From Okeania sp. (GTDB lineage: Bacteria > Cyanobacteriota > Cyanobacteriia > Cyanobacteriales > Microcoleaceae), in assembly GCF_035285525.1 (NCBI RefSeq), contig NZ_JAYKGW010000038.1:1-15193 (forward strand): a DNA stretch of 15,193 nucleotides, in the 5' to 3' direction. Below are positions 1 to 8,373 of this stretch, piece by piece. The position numbers and the translations under genes were made by a program. The notes below the pieces were generated by a model. That model worked only from the letters and a program-made list of their open reading frames with translations. It searched no databases and was not told the origin of the DNA. Positions within the stretch are counted from its first letter, which is position 1. Each line of letters opens with the position of its first letter.

Positions 1-275
1 TTTCTGATTATGGAGAGTTGGAAAATATCGAGAATATTGACTTTGGGCTATTAGTATATAGGAGCGCACCTTTCCCATTATGTTTATAGTATCATGTCAA
101 GTTTTTTTGTCAAGCATTTTTCTCAAACAAAATGGGATAATTTTCTTTGACTCTTAATTTTCTAAGTATCAGAAAAGAAAATACGGTATAAGGAAAAAGG
201 AGAGTGCTATTTTTTAACCAATAATTATAGTAGCTAAAATCAAGTCAAAAGGAAGAGATAGATGAGGAAAACTTT

Positions 276-1516
276 ATGTTGAAACAAATAACTTTGGAAA
301 ACTGGAAAAGTTTCCGTCATGCAAAATTATATATTGACCCTTTAACAGTTTTAATTGGTACAAATGCCAGTGGAAAATCTAATGTTGTAGATGCCTTAGA
401 TTTTTTGAATAGTATTATGCAAGGTGCTTCAGTAGAAACATTGTTAATAAGTATTAGAGGAGGAATTGAGTGGGCAGCTAGAAAACATGAAACAAAATTT
501 AGTTTTCAAGTATTAGTAGATGGAGAAAATGAAACAGAAGATTATCTTGATAAAATCACTGTATAAATCACTCCTCTTGTGCAAGTATTAGATGAATCTT
601 TAACTTTAATTGATAGTAATAATTTCTCAGATAGTAATTTATCTAAGCAACTTTATTTTATCTCCACAACTATTGGATAAAAGGCTGAAATAATCTTCAA
701 TAGTTCTAAACAAGGGAAAGAATTTATGGAAAAATTTTATCCTGCTCCTAATCCTTGGTTAGGTCGTTTTACAACACAAATTCCTTTCTATAATTTTGAG
801 AATATTAATCAAATGATATCTGCCCAAAGTATAGTTCCAAATATTCTCAAAAATATTTTTATTTTAAATCCAATACCTGCGCAAATGCGGAATTATTCAC
901 CCTGATCAAAAAAGTTAGAAAGAAACGGTTCTAATATTGCCGGAGTTTTAGCAGAATTACCAGAACAACAAAAGGCTAAAATAGAAGAAAACTTATTGAA
1001 ATATTTGGCAAAATTACCAGAAGGAGATATGCGAAAAGTATGGTCTGAACCTGTGGGAAGATTAGGCAGAGATGCTATGCTTTATTGTGAAGAAATCTGG
1101 CATCCTAACCAAGAAGCAATGATAGTTGATGCTAGTGGAATGTCAGATGGAACTTTGCGATTTTTAGCAATTTTAACTGCCATGTTAACTCAACCAGAAA
1201 AAAGTTTAATTGTGATAGAAGAAGTAGATAATGGTCTGCATCCTTCCCGCGCTGGATTACTATTACAAATGTTAAGATAAATTGGGCAAGAGCGTCAAAT
1301 AGATGTCTTAGTTACAACCCATAATCCTGCTTTATTAGATGAACTAACTCCAGATTTATTCCTTTTGTAATGGTGACTTATCGAGATAAACAAACTGGAG
1401 AAAGTCAGTTAATTCCGTTAGAAGATATTGAAGATTTACCGAAGTTAATGGCATCAGGAACTTTAGGAAAAATTGCTAGTAAAGGTTGGATTGAAAAAAG
1501 TCTCAAAGTAGATTAG
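276..1516 (+). pseudogene. ABC/AAA-type ATPase (AAA_15/AAA_21-like, RecF/SMC-like N-terminus), decayed
   Basis: One frame (276 mod 3) carries Walker A 'LIGTNASGKSN', a signature-like 'SDGTLRFLAIL', Walker B 'LIVIEEVDNGLHP' and an H-loop-like 'VLVTTHNP'. That frame is broken by in-frame stops at 564-566 (TAA), 678-680 (TAA), 903-905 (TGA) and 1278-1280 (TAA). A frameshift near 1355-1368 leads to the tail '...VMVTYRDKQTGESQLIPLEDIEDLPKLMASGTLGKI...' ending at TAG 1514-1516. The track ORFs 276..566 and 996..1280 are fragments of this gene. Confidence 0.8.
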
Positions 1517-1521
1517 ATAGT

Positions 1522-1977
1522 ATGATAAAAGTGTTGATTATTGATACTTCTATTTTATGTGTTTATTTAGAAGTGCCTGGGAAAGAAACCTGTGGTTCTG
1601 AAGATAATAAGTGGAATAAATTTAGAGTAGATGAAAAATTGAAAAAAGAGGCAAAAGAAAAAACTACATTTGTTTTACCTTTAGCAACAATTATTGAAAC
1701 AGGTAATCATATTGCTCAAGCAACTAAAAAGCGTTATGAAATATCTAAAAAATTAGCAAATCTGATGATATTAACTGCGGATCATCAAACTCCTTGGGCA
1801 GTATTTACAGAACTTTCTATTTTATGGAATACAGAAAATTTAAAGCAGTTAGCTGATGAATTTCCTGATTTTGCTAGTCGAAGATTTGCATTGGGAGATG
1901 CTACTATTAAAAAGATTGCTGATTATTATAATAAGCAAAGAAATCAGGTAGAAATTTTGACAGTAGATGAAATTTGA
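1522..1977 (+). CDS. small PIN-like putative nuclease, partner of the upstream ATPase
   Basis: 151-aa ORF starting 5 nt after the ATPase stop, which suggests an operon. Acidic residues are spaced as in PIN domains: 'LIIDTSIL' (D8), 'IIETGNH' (E59), 'LGDATI' (D126), 'LTVDE' (D148). The assignment is motif-based only. The TGA at 1975-1977 is followed by 19 more in-frame sense codons up to TAA 2035-2037, so the C-terminus may be truncated. Confidence 0.55.
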   Translation: MIKVLIIDTSILCVYLEVPGKETCGSEDNKWNKFRVDEKLKKEAKEKTTFVLPLATIIETGNHIAQATKKRYEISKKLANLMILTADHQTPWAVFTELSILWNTENLKQLADEFPDFASRRFALGDATIKKIADYYNKQRNQVEILTVDEI

Positions 1978-2258
1978 AAATCATATCAACCTACAGAGCC
2001 TTCCCTAACTCCTAGACGTAGAAAATCTCAAAATTAAAACAGTAATATTTTAGATTTTTCGTAAATTAAATTTAGTTCATTTTATATACTCATCCTAAGT
2101 GATTTGTGAGAAAAACTGTAGGAGTTTGGTCTCCAAACCCAAAATAAAATGGAATTTGGAAACCCAACCCCGTTAGATAAAATATTACAAACTATTTAAG
2201 ATTAAAATAGCTATAAATATGATAAAATTTTTACTGCAATAACTATCAATGAAAAACC

Positions 2259-2561
2259 ATGCAATTAACACCCCAAGAAAAAGATAAATTATTAATTTTT
2301 ACTGCTGCTTTATTAGCAGAACGCCGGAAACAAAAAGGTTTAAAATTGAATTATCCAGAAGCAGTTGCATATATTTCAGCAGCAATTTTAGAAGGCGCAA
2401 GAGAAGGTAAAACTGTTGCCGAATTAATGAGTTTTGGTACAACTTTATTAGGGCGAGATGATGTTATGGAAGGTATCCCAGAAATGGTGCAAGAAGTTCA
2501 GGTAGAAGCTACTTTTCCTGATGGTACAAAATTAGTCACTGTACATAATCCTATTCGTTAA
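2259..2561 (+). CDS. ureA: urease subunit gamma
   Basis: 100-aa protein '[24 protein letters not shown]...[18 protein letters not shown]...VTVHNPIR' is a full-length canonical UreA sequence. Confidence 0.97.
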   Translation: MQLTPQEKDKLLIFTAALLAERRKQKGLKLNYPEAVAYISAAILEGAREGKTVAELMSFGTTLLGRDDVMEGIPEMVQEVQVEATFPDGTKLVTVHNPIR

Positions 2562-2572
2562 AAATTATAAAT

Positions 2573-2607
2573 TAGGGAGTGGGGAGTAAGGAGTAGGGAG
2601 TAGGAAA
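2573..2607. repeat. STRR-like heptamer tandem array (TAGGGAG-type, 5 units)
   Basis: tagggag tggggag taaggag tagggag taggaaa, lying directly after the ureA stop codon. Confidence 0.85.
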
Positions 2608-2661
2608 ATTATCAAACAAAAAATTAATCACTATTGCTCATTTTTGCAGTTATAAGAAACC

Positions 2662-2850
2662 TAAGCATTCAGCTTTTAACTATTAGCAGTCAGCAAATCC
2701 TACCTAAACTTTAAAACGGCTTTATAATGATGAATATAAGCTTTAAAGTCGGCTTTGAGTGTAAGATTCAATTTACTTCAACAAAGCCAAGCTTTTATCT
2801 TAAAACTAGAATAAATAGCTGACCGCTAAATGCTGACTGCTGAATACTTA
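2662..2850. repeat. MITE-like imperfect long hairpin element in the ureA-ureB spacer
   Basis: The left end 'taagcattcagc...agcagtcagca' is the reverse complement of the right end 'tgctgactgctgaatactta'. There are internal complementary pairs such as 'ggctttg'/'caaagcc'. No ORF is present. Confidence 0.6.
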
Positions 2851-2853
2851 CTA

Positions 2854-2917
2854 AGAAACTGGGTTTATGGGAAATAGATATTGATATAGTGAGGTATTGA
2901 AAATAAACCCGGTTTCT
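2854..2917. repeat. small hairpin repeat with AAACCNGGTTTCT-type arms
   Basis: Arm 'agaaactgggttta' (2854-2867) pairs with 'taaacccggtttct' (2904-2917), 13 of 14 complementary. The same core motif recurs inside priA at 6380-6410 and 6459-6471. Confidence 0.75.
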
Positions 2918-3020
2918 AAGCTTGAAAAACTTAGTCAGAGATTACTTTTAAGTTTTCAGTTGTGCATAGTGCTATACTTCTCAATTATTCAATTGTAAAA
3001 ATACTCAAAAGGTGACAATT

Positions 3021-3335
3021 ATGATTCCAGGTGAAATGATTATTTCCGAGGGAGAAATTGAATTAAATTTAGGTCGTTCCAATGTGAAATTAATAATAGC
3101 AAATACAGGCGATCGCCCGATTCAAATTGGTTCCCATTTCCACTTTTATGAAGTTAATTATGCTTTGAGTTTTGACCGGGAATTGGCAAAAGGTATGCGT
3201 CTAGATATTCCTGCTGGTACTGCTATAAGATTTGAACCAGGAGATGAACGAGAAGTAATTTTAATACCTTTTGTTGGCACCCGTGAAGTATATGGTTTTA
3301 ATGCCATAATTAATGGTAAATTAAATTCTGATTAG
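3021..3335 (+). CDS. ureB: urease subunit beta
   Basis: '[16 protein letters not shown]...[19 protein letters not shown]...[14 protein letters not shown]' is canonical UreB. ATG 3021 gives the usual MIPGE start and lies about 8 nt after an AAGGTG Shine-Dalgarno-like motif. The track start at GTG 3012 is less likely. Confidence 0.95.
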   Translation: MIPGEMIISEGEIELNLGRSNVKLIIANTGDRPIQIGSHFHFYEVNYALSFDRELAKGMRLDIPAGTAIRFEPGDEREVILIPFVGTREVYGFNAIINGKLNSD

Positions 3336-3501
3336 ATATTTTTTAACATTAAATAATTACATCAAAATTCCCTGGAAAATATCTTAGCTGAACCAGGGAA
3401 TATAACAGTAACTGTTACACAGTATAATTGCATATATTGTGAGGGAATAACCTATACAAAAAATAGTGAAGTTGTTTTAGTTGGGGGAATAAATTTTATT
3501 T

Positions 3502-4506
3502 ATGGTACAAGAAACTATTTTCCAATATATTGATAGCTCAATCAAAGCAGTAAATTGGTTAGAAACTCAAATCAATAATGATGGTAGTTATTCTCTAGAA
3601 ACTCAGGACTTAGCTTGTTATTATAAATCTCCTTATCTGTTTTATATATCTGGAAAAGTAGAGCTAGCTAACAGAATATTGAATTATATAAAGAACCAGT
3701 TTTTAAGAGGAAATGGCGATCTAACAACTCGGACAAATTATAAAAGTGAAAATGCTGCTTTTACAGAATATTGGGCTTATATTAATGGTTGGATTGCTAT
3801 CGCTGCTCAGAAAATGGGGCGCTTTGATGTTTCTTATCCTGTTTATCAATATTTAACATCATTTTATCATCCAAAAATAGGAGGTTTTACAACTAACAAA
3901 CCTTGGGAAAAGGGTGAAAATGTTGTGGATGTTTTGACTACTGCTCATTTAGGATTAACTTGTTTATATTTTAGGGATTTGAAAACAGCAAAAAACGCTG
4001 GAAAGTTGTTAGATAGATTTATGAATATTCAGCCAGATATTAAATCAGGATTTTATCTACGGATGAATGATGATGAAAAGTTAATAATTGATTTTTCCGA
4101 AGATGTATCTTTATTTTTTCAAGTTAGTGCAATTAAACCAAATCAAGCCTATTTTATGATTGGATATCCTCTAGCTTTTTTGGCTAATCTTTATAAAATT
4201 ACTGGGGATAAATTTTATCTAAATACTGCTAAAAAATATCTAGATTTTGCTTTTAGTTGCCATGAAAATATCCGCTCATTTTATTTTAGTCATAAAGTTG
4301 CTTGGGGTGCGGCTATAATTGCTAATCTAACTGGGGAAATAAAAGCAACTGAATTATCAAAAAGTATCGTCGATTATTTCTTAAGTATTCAGACAGAAAC
4401 AGGAGTTTGGTTAACCGAACAACCAACTTATTCGTATTTTGATCAAACCGCAGAAATTGCTATTTGGTTGAGAGAAATATCTACAGAAATTAGTAATATT
4501 TGTTGA
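3502..4506 (+). CDS. hypothetical protein with QW-like motifs (possible alpha/alpha-toroid, terpenoid-cyclase/prenyltransferase-like fold)
   Basis: Uninterrupted 334-aa ORF. 'AVNWLETQINNDGSY' near the N-terminus and 'DYFLSIQTETGVW' near the C-terminus resemble QW repeats ([FYW][LIV]..Q...G.W). The function is not recognised. Confidence 0.6.
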   Translation: MVQETIFQYIDSSIKAVNWLETQINNDGSYSLETQDLACYYKSPYLFYISGKVELANRILNYIKNQFLRGNGDLTTRTNYKSENAAFTEYWAYINGWIAIAAQKMGRFDVSYPVYQYLTSFYHPKIGGFTTNKPWEKGENVVDVLTTAHLGLTCLYFRDLKTAKNAGKLLDRFMNIQPDIKSGFYLRMNDDEKLIIDFSEDVSLFFQVSAIKPNQAYFMIGYPLAFLANLYKITGDKFYLNTAKKYLDFAFSCHENIRSFYFSHKVAWGAAIIANLTGEIKATELSKSIVDYFLSIQTETGVWLTEQPTYSYFDQTAEIAIWLREISTEISNIC

Positions 4507-4566
4507 TCAAAAAAATGATGCTCTTGGCTAAATATAAATATCTAAATACTAATATAGCGCTGCGCG

Positions 4567-4601
4567 CAGGGAACAGGGAATAGGGAACAGGGAACAGGGA
4601 G
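4567..4601. repeat. STRR-like heptamer tandem array (CAGGGAA-type, 5 units)
   Basis: cagggaa cagggaa tagggaa cagggaa cagggag. A further short heptamer run, cttctga cttctga, sits at 4861-4874 just upstream of priA. Confidence 0.85.
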
Positions 4602-4895
4602 AATGAATGGCCGATAATATAAGGCTTTTAGCTATTGGACAGCTCCTACAATTTGTAAAGATTAAGTGCACACATTGCTATATCTGCACATTATAAATTT
4701 TTCTATAATGATATACTAGATAATTTAAGAAATTTAGTCCGTCCTAGGAATTTATAGCGCTTTCCGCTGCCCGTGAGATACACTTATCGCAGGTAAGATG
4801 CCCGCACTACAAGATTTTCACCAGTTACTCTGTACCTCATTAGTCCGAAATCTGCTGTAACTTCTGACTTCTGACTTTATTTGTCCCCTAATTCA

Positions 4896-7601
4896 ATGTT
4901 GCCAATGTCCTACTCTGTCCAAACACTCCCAAAACCCATCCTCGCTGAACCTGGGTCATCCTATAAAAATCTTGCCCCAGAGTCCCAAGAGTGGGCAGAA
5001 GTCTTGGTTGATGTCCCTTTTCAAACTTCAACCGATGATACAGAAGAGGAAGAAAAATTATTCACCTATAAAATACCTCCTGATATGCAGATTCAACCCG
5101 GAGATATTTTAGTAGTACCATTCGGCAAACAACAAGTGGGAGCGATCGCTATCCGCAAAACTTCCCAGCTTCCAGAAGGTTTAAGTAGCGATCGCGTCAA
5201 AAATATATCGGATATTATTACCAGAGGTTTTTTCCCGGCAACTTATTGGCAACTCTTGGAAAAAGTCGCCGTTTATTATCAAACACCACTTATTAAAGTT
5301 ATTCGCACTGCTCTACCACCAGGTTTACTCAAACGTAGTCAACGACGTATTCGCATCATCGAAACAGCAATACCCACAGGTGGAGAAATTTTCCTCAATA
5401 CTAAGGCTCAAAAAATTCTAGAAATTCTGCAAAACTCCAAAACCAAAGACTACACCTGGCAATACATTCAACGTCAAGTCAAAGGTGCTGACAGAGGATT
5501 AAAAGATTTGCTCCAACGAGGTTGGGTAGAAAGTTATCTCGAACCTCCTTCCCCACCAAAACCAAAACTCAGACAAGCAGTGACTTTAGTTGCTCAAACT
5601 CCACCCAAAGATTTGACTCCGCGTCAAACAGAAGTCATGGAAATGTTACGCAAAAGTGGAGGCGAAATGTGGTTAGCAGAATTTATCGACACCTACAAAA
5701 CCTCTAATGATCTAGTAAAAAAACTAGAAGAGAATGGTTGTGTTGTTATCGAGGAACAGGAAGTATTACGACGAGAAGAAGGTAGGGGAGATATCAGAGA
5801 TGAAATAAAAATGCTGACACCTTACCAAACAGAAGCATTAACAACTATCACCCAAATTCAAAAATTTGCTCAAATATTGCTGCATGGAGTTACAGGTTCT
5901 GGGAAAACAGAAGTATATTTACAAGCGATCGCTCCCATCCTGGAAAATGGCAAATCTGCTCTCGTACTGGTTCCCGAAATTGGTTTAACTCCCCAACTTA
6001 CCGATAGATTTCGCGCTCGTTTTGGCAAAAAAGTCTATGTTTACCATAGTGCTTTATCTGCTGGAGAACGTTATGATACTTGGCGAAATATGACCTGGGG
6101 TATTCCGCAAATTATTATCGGTACTCGTTCCGCAATTTTTGCACCGCTGCCAAAATTAGGTTTAATTGTTTTAGACGAAGAACATGATAACAGTTTCAAA
6201 CAAGACAGACCCGCACCCTGTTATCACGCTCGCACTGTGGCGAAATGGCGAGCAGAATTAGAAAACTGCCCATTAATATTAGGTTCGGCAACTCCTTCTT
6301 TAGAAAGTTGCTTGGAAACAAGAACACAGCAGAAACAGGATTTATCTGAAAAAAATGATGTTTTGAATGAGGGGAGCAACAAACCAGGTTTCTTGGAGAA
6401 ACCTGGTTTGTCTGGGAAATTTGATAGTTTGAGCGATCAAGATAATAAACAGGATAATAAACTCGGTTTCTTGGTAGAAAATGTAGATGAAACCGTTTCC
6501 CACAAACCCAAAACCTACTACCTATCATTACCAGAACGCATCCACTCACGACCGATGCCACCTGTAGAAATAGTAGATATGCGCCAACAACTGCGATTGG
6601 GAAACCGGACAATGTTTAGCTATCCTCTCCAAGAAGCACTGCGACAACTACAAGAAACCAAACAACAAGGAATTTTATTCATTCACCGTCGCGGTTACAG
6701 TACATTCGTGTCTTGTCGTAGTTGTGGTTATGTCATGGAATGTCCCCATTGCGATGTTTCCCTTTCCTATCATTACACCCACGAAGGTGCAACTCAACTA
6801 TTACGTTGTCATTACTGCAACTATAATCAACTACAACCCCAACGTTGTCCGGAATGTGATTCTCCTTTCTTCAAATTTTTTGGCAGCGGAACTCAAAAAG
6901 TAGCTCAGGAGTTAACCAGACAATTTCCCGATCTACGAACTATTAGATATGATAGTGACACAACTCGCAAAAAAGATGCTCACCGAAATTTGTTAAATCA
7001 ATTTGCTAATGGGGAAGCAGATTTATTAATTGGAACTCAGATGTTGACAAAAGGTTTAGATTTAGCACAGGTGACATTAGTAGGAGTTGTATCCGCTGAT
7101 GGGTTGCTGCATTTTTCAGATTATCGCGCCAATGAACGAGCTTTTCAAACATTGCTCCAAGTAGCAGGTCGTGCAGGTCGTGGTGATAACCCAGGGCGAG
7201 TCATTATTCAGACCTATACTCCAGAACATCCTGTGATTCAAGCTGTGCAACGTAATGATTTTGAGTCTTTTGTGGAAACAGAATTACAAACGAGAGCGGA
7301 TTTACGATATCCTCCCTATGGGCGGTTGATTTTATTGCGTCTGAGTAGTTACGATCCGACTGAGGTAGCGGTGAGTGCTCAACAGTTAGCAAGTGTGTTG
7401 ATGGAAAAAGCGGAAGCAGAAAAATATGATTTATTGGGTCCTGCACCCGCTCCTATTGCCAGAGTTGCTAATCGTTATCGGTGGCAGATTTTGTTAAAGT
7501 TATCGTCTGGATATGATGATGTACCAGACTTGACTAGGTTGAGTAATGTTTGTTCTCCTGGGGTGAGTTTGACTGTGGATGTCGATCCTATGAGTTTATG
7601 A
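4896..7601 (+). CDS. priA: primosomal protein N' (replication restart helicase PriA)
   Basis: Motifs seen: Walker A 'GVTGSGKTEVY', 'VLDEEHD', 'LGSATPS', Cys-rich zinc region 'CRSCGYVMECPHCDVSLSYH...LRCHYCNY...CPECDS', 'LIGTQMLTKGLD' and 'QVAGRAGRG'. The start is uncertain: the track uses TTG 4881, and ATG 4896 or ATG 4905 are the first ATGs. Confidence 0.93.
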   Translation: MLPMSYSVQTLPKPILAEPGSSYKNLAPESQEWAEVLVDVPFQTSTDDTEEEEKLFTYKIPPDMQIQPGDILVVPFGKQQVGAIAIRKTSQLPEGLSSDRVKNISDIITRGFFPATYWQLLEKVAVYYQTPLIKVIRTALPPGLLKRSQRRIRIIETAIPTGGEIFLNTKAQKILEILQNSKTKDYTWQYIQRQVKGADRGLKDLLQRGWVESYLEPPSPPKPKLRQAVTLVAQTPPKDLTPRQTEVMEMLRKSGGEMWLAEFIDTYKTSNDLVKKLEENGCVVIEEQEVLRREEGRGDIRDEIKMLTPYQTEALTTITQIQKFAQILLHGVTGSGKTEVYLQAIAPILENGKSALVLVPEIGLTPQLTDRFRARFGKKVYVYHSALSAGERYDTWRNMTWGIPQIIIGTRSAIFAPLPKLGLIVLDEEHDNSFKQDRPAPCYHARTVAKWRAELENCPLILGSATPSLESCLETRTQQKQDLSEKNDVLNEGSNKPGFLEKPGLSGKFDSLSDQDNKQDNKLGFLVENVDETVSHKPKTYYLSLPERIHSRPMPPVEIVDMRQQLRLGNRTMFSYPLQEALRQLQETKQQGILFIHRRGYSTFVSCRSCGYVMECPHCDVSLSYHYTHEGATQLLRCHYCNYNQLQPQRCPECDSPFFKFFGSGTQKVAQELTRQFPDLRTIRYDSDTTRKKDAHRNLLNQFANGEADLLIGTQMLTKGLDLAQVTLVGVVSADGLLHFSDYRANERAFQTLLQVAGRAGRGDNPGRVIIQTYTPEHPVIQAVQRNDFESFVETELQTRADLRYPPYGRLILLRLSSYDPTEVAVSAQQLASVLMEKAEAEKYDLLGPAPAPIARVANRYRWQILLKLSSGYDDVPDLTRLSNVCSPGVSLTVDVDPMSL
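6380..6410. repeat. perfect 14-bp-arm inverted repeat (hairpin) inside the priA coding sequence
   Basis: 'caaaccaggtttct' (6380-6393), loop tgg, then 'agaaacctggtttg' (6397-6410), an exact reverse complement. It is translated as N-KPGFLEKPGL. Confidence 0.9.
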
Positions 7602-7620
7602 TAAACTTATAGTAGTTCTT

Positions 7621-7750
7621 TAGGGTGCGTTAGGCGCTTACTAAAAACTGCGGTTCAACTGTCAAATATTATGTTGCGTCGTAACCCACCATTGAGTAGT
7701 GTAGCTATTACAAATATTTCGGTGCGTTACGCTTCGCGCTCCACACCCTA
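7621..7750. repeat. MITE-like repeat built from GGTGCGTTA(C/G)G modules
   Basis: Termini 'tagggtg' (7621-7627) and 'cacccta' (7744-7750) are complementary. Internal copies are 'gggtgcgttaggcg', 'cgtcgtaacccacc' (reverse orientation) and 'cggtgcgttacgc'. It lies just downstream of the priA stop. Confidence 0.6.
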
Positions 7751-7840
7751 CTGACTGAAAAAAAAGGGTAAATAAAACAACTTTTTTTGATTGTCAAGGG
7801 TATGGGTTTGGAGGCAAAACCCCTACAGTTATTCAGACTC

Positions 7841-7950
7841 TAAAAAAAGAGCCACTACTTTCCCATAATACCCATCTAATATAAGAATATAACAACTTTT
7901 TCTATTTGTCAAGGTGCGATCGCTATGAAATTACCAAAAATTCCTGGAGT
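7841..7950. repeat. 110-bp direct repeat, copy R1 (flanks the PIN cassette)
   Basis: Roughly 90% identical to 8490-8599 by eye, with a few substitutions and two 1-nt indels. It ends 2 nt before the stop codon of the PIN pseudogene. Confidence 0.9.
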
Positions 7951-7952
7951 TG

Positions 7953-8373
7953 CTATTGATAAATTGAAATTACCTTAATTTGAGTAACTCGGTGCATTGG
8001 TTTGCCCGGTTTTTCTGTTGTTATTAACTCATCAGAATTTATAGAAATAGCAGCAGCAACATGAAGAGCATCTATGGCATTTATACCAAAATCAGAAGCT
8101 AATCTTTGTGCAGATTCTACAATTTTTTCTAGTTCGTTTGCCCAGATAGTACAACCTGCAAAAAAGGTTTCATAAAAATCAACTTCAGCTAGTTGTTTAT
8201 TATAAATGGCTTTAGGTAATACTTCTAATTTGACAAACGAACCAGCTAGTGGCATATTCTCGTTCGGGATCGTCAAGAATTTCTTGTGCTTTTGCTTTGA
8301 TTTCGATAGGAGTGTCATCTCTAATTGCTGGAATTAGTACGCCGGAATCTATATAAGTTTTGATAATATTCAC
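7953..8373 (-). pseudogene. PIN-domain (VapC-like) toxin, frameshifted
   Basis: The track ORF 7953..8318 carries 'FVKLEVLPKA...' and 'GINAIDALHVAAA...ELITTE'. The true N-terminus 'VNIIKTYIDSGVLIPAIRDD...PEREYATS' is in another frame, running from GTG 8373 to a stop at 8212-8214. The frameshift lies at about 8236-8255. Confidence 0.75.

Noticed and set aside
2113-2145. Hairpin 'gtttgg-tct-ccaaac', and a related sequence in reverse orientation at about 7800-7830, considered as a tRNA-like or ncRNA gene
   Set aside because: It is too short, has no cloverleaf or conserved tRNA boxes, and appears to be another dispersed intergenic repeat motif.
1978-2258. NtcA-type (GTA-N8-TAC) regulatory site upstream of ureA
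   Set aside because: I scanned the spacer by eye. Only poor half-matches were present (for example GTT-N8-TAT), with no exact box, so no site is called.
3012-3020. GTG 3012 as the ureB start, and likewise TTG 4881 as the priA start
   Set aside because: UreB proteins canonically start MIPGE, and ATG 3021 has a better-placed AAGGTG motif. For priA the TTG has no visible Shine-Dalgarno motif and ATGs follow at 4896 and 4905. Neither alternative can be excluded without orthologue alignment.
5522-5707. 61-aa ORF on the plus strand inside priA
   Set aside because: It lies wholly within the well-supported priA frame, has a low-complexity S/T/R-rich translation, and shows no motif. It is an out-of-frame artefact.
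6196-6612. 138-aa ORF on the minus strand, antisense to priA
   Set aside because: It overlaps conserved PriA helicase motifs and the repeat insertion on the opposite strand. Nothing in the sequence is recognisable. Open antisense frames are common in AT-rich DNA.
7204-7446. 80-aa ORF on the minus strand, antisense to the priA C-terminus
   Set aside because: Same reasoning: it is nested antisense within a strongly supported CDS.
8236-8255. Programmed frameshifting as an explanation for the split PIN gene and the split ISAs1 transposase
   Set aside because: There is no slippery heptamer or downstream structure at the shift sites. The ISAs1 gene has several independent lesions plus an IS insertion. 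Ordinary decay is the simpler explanation.
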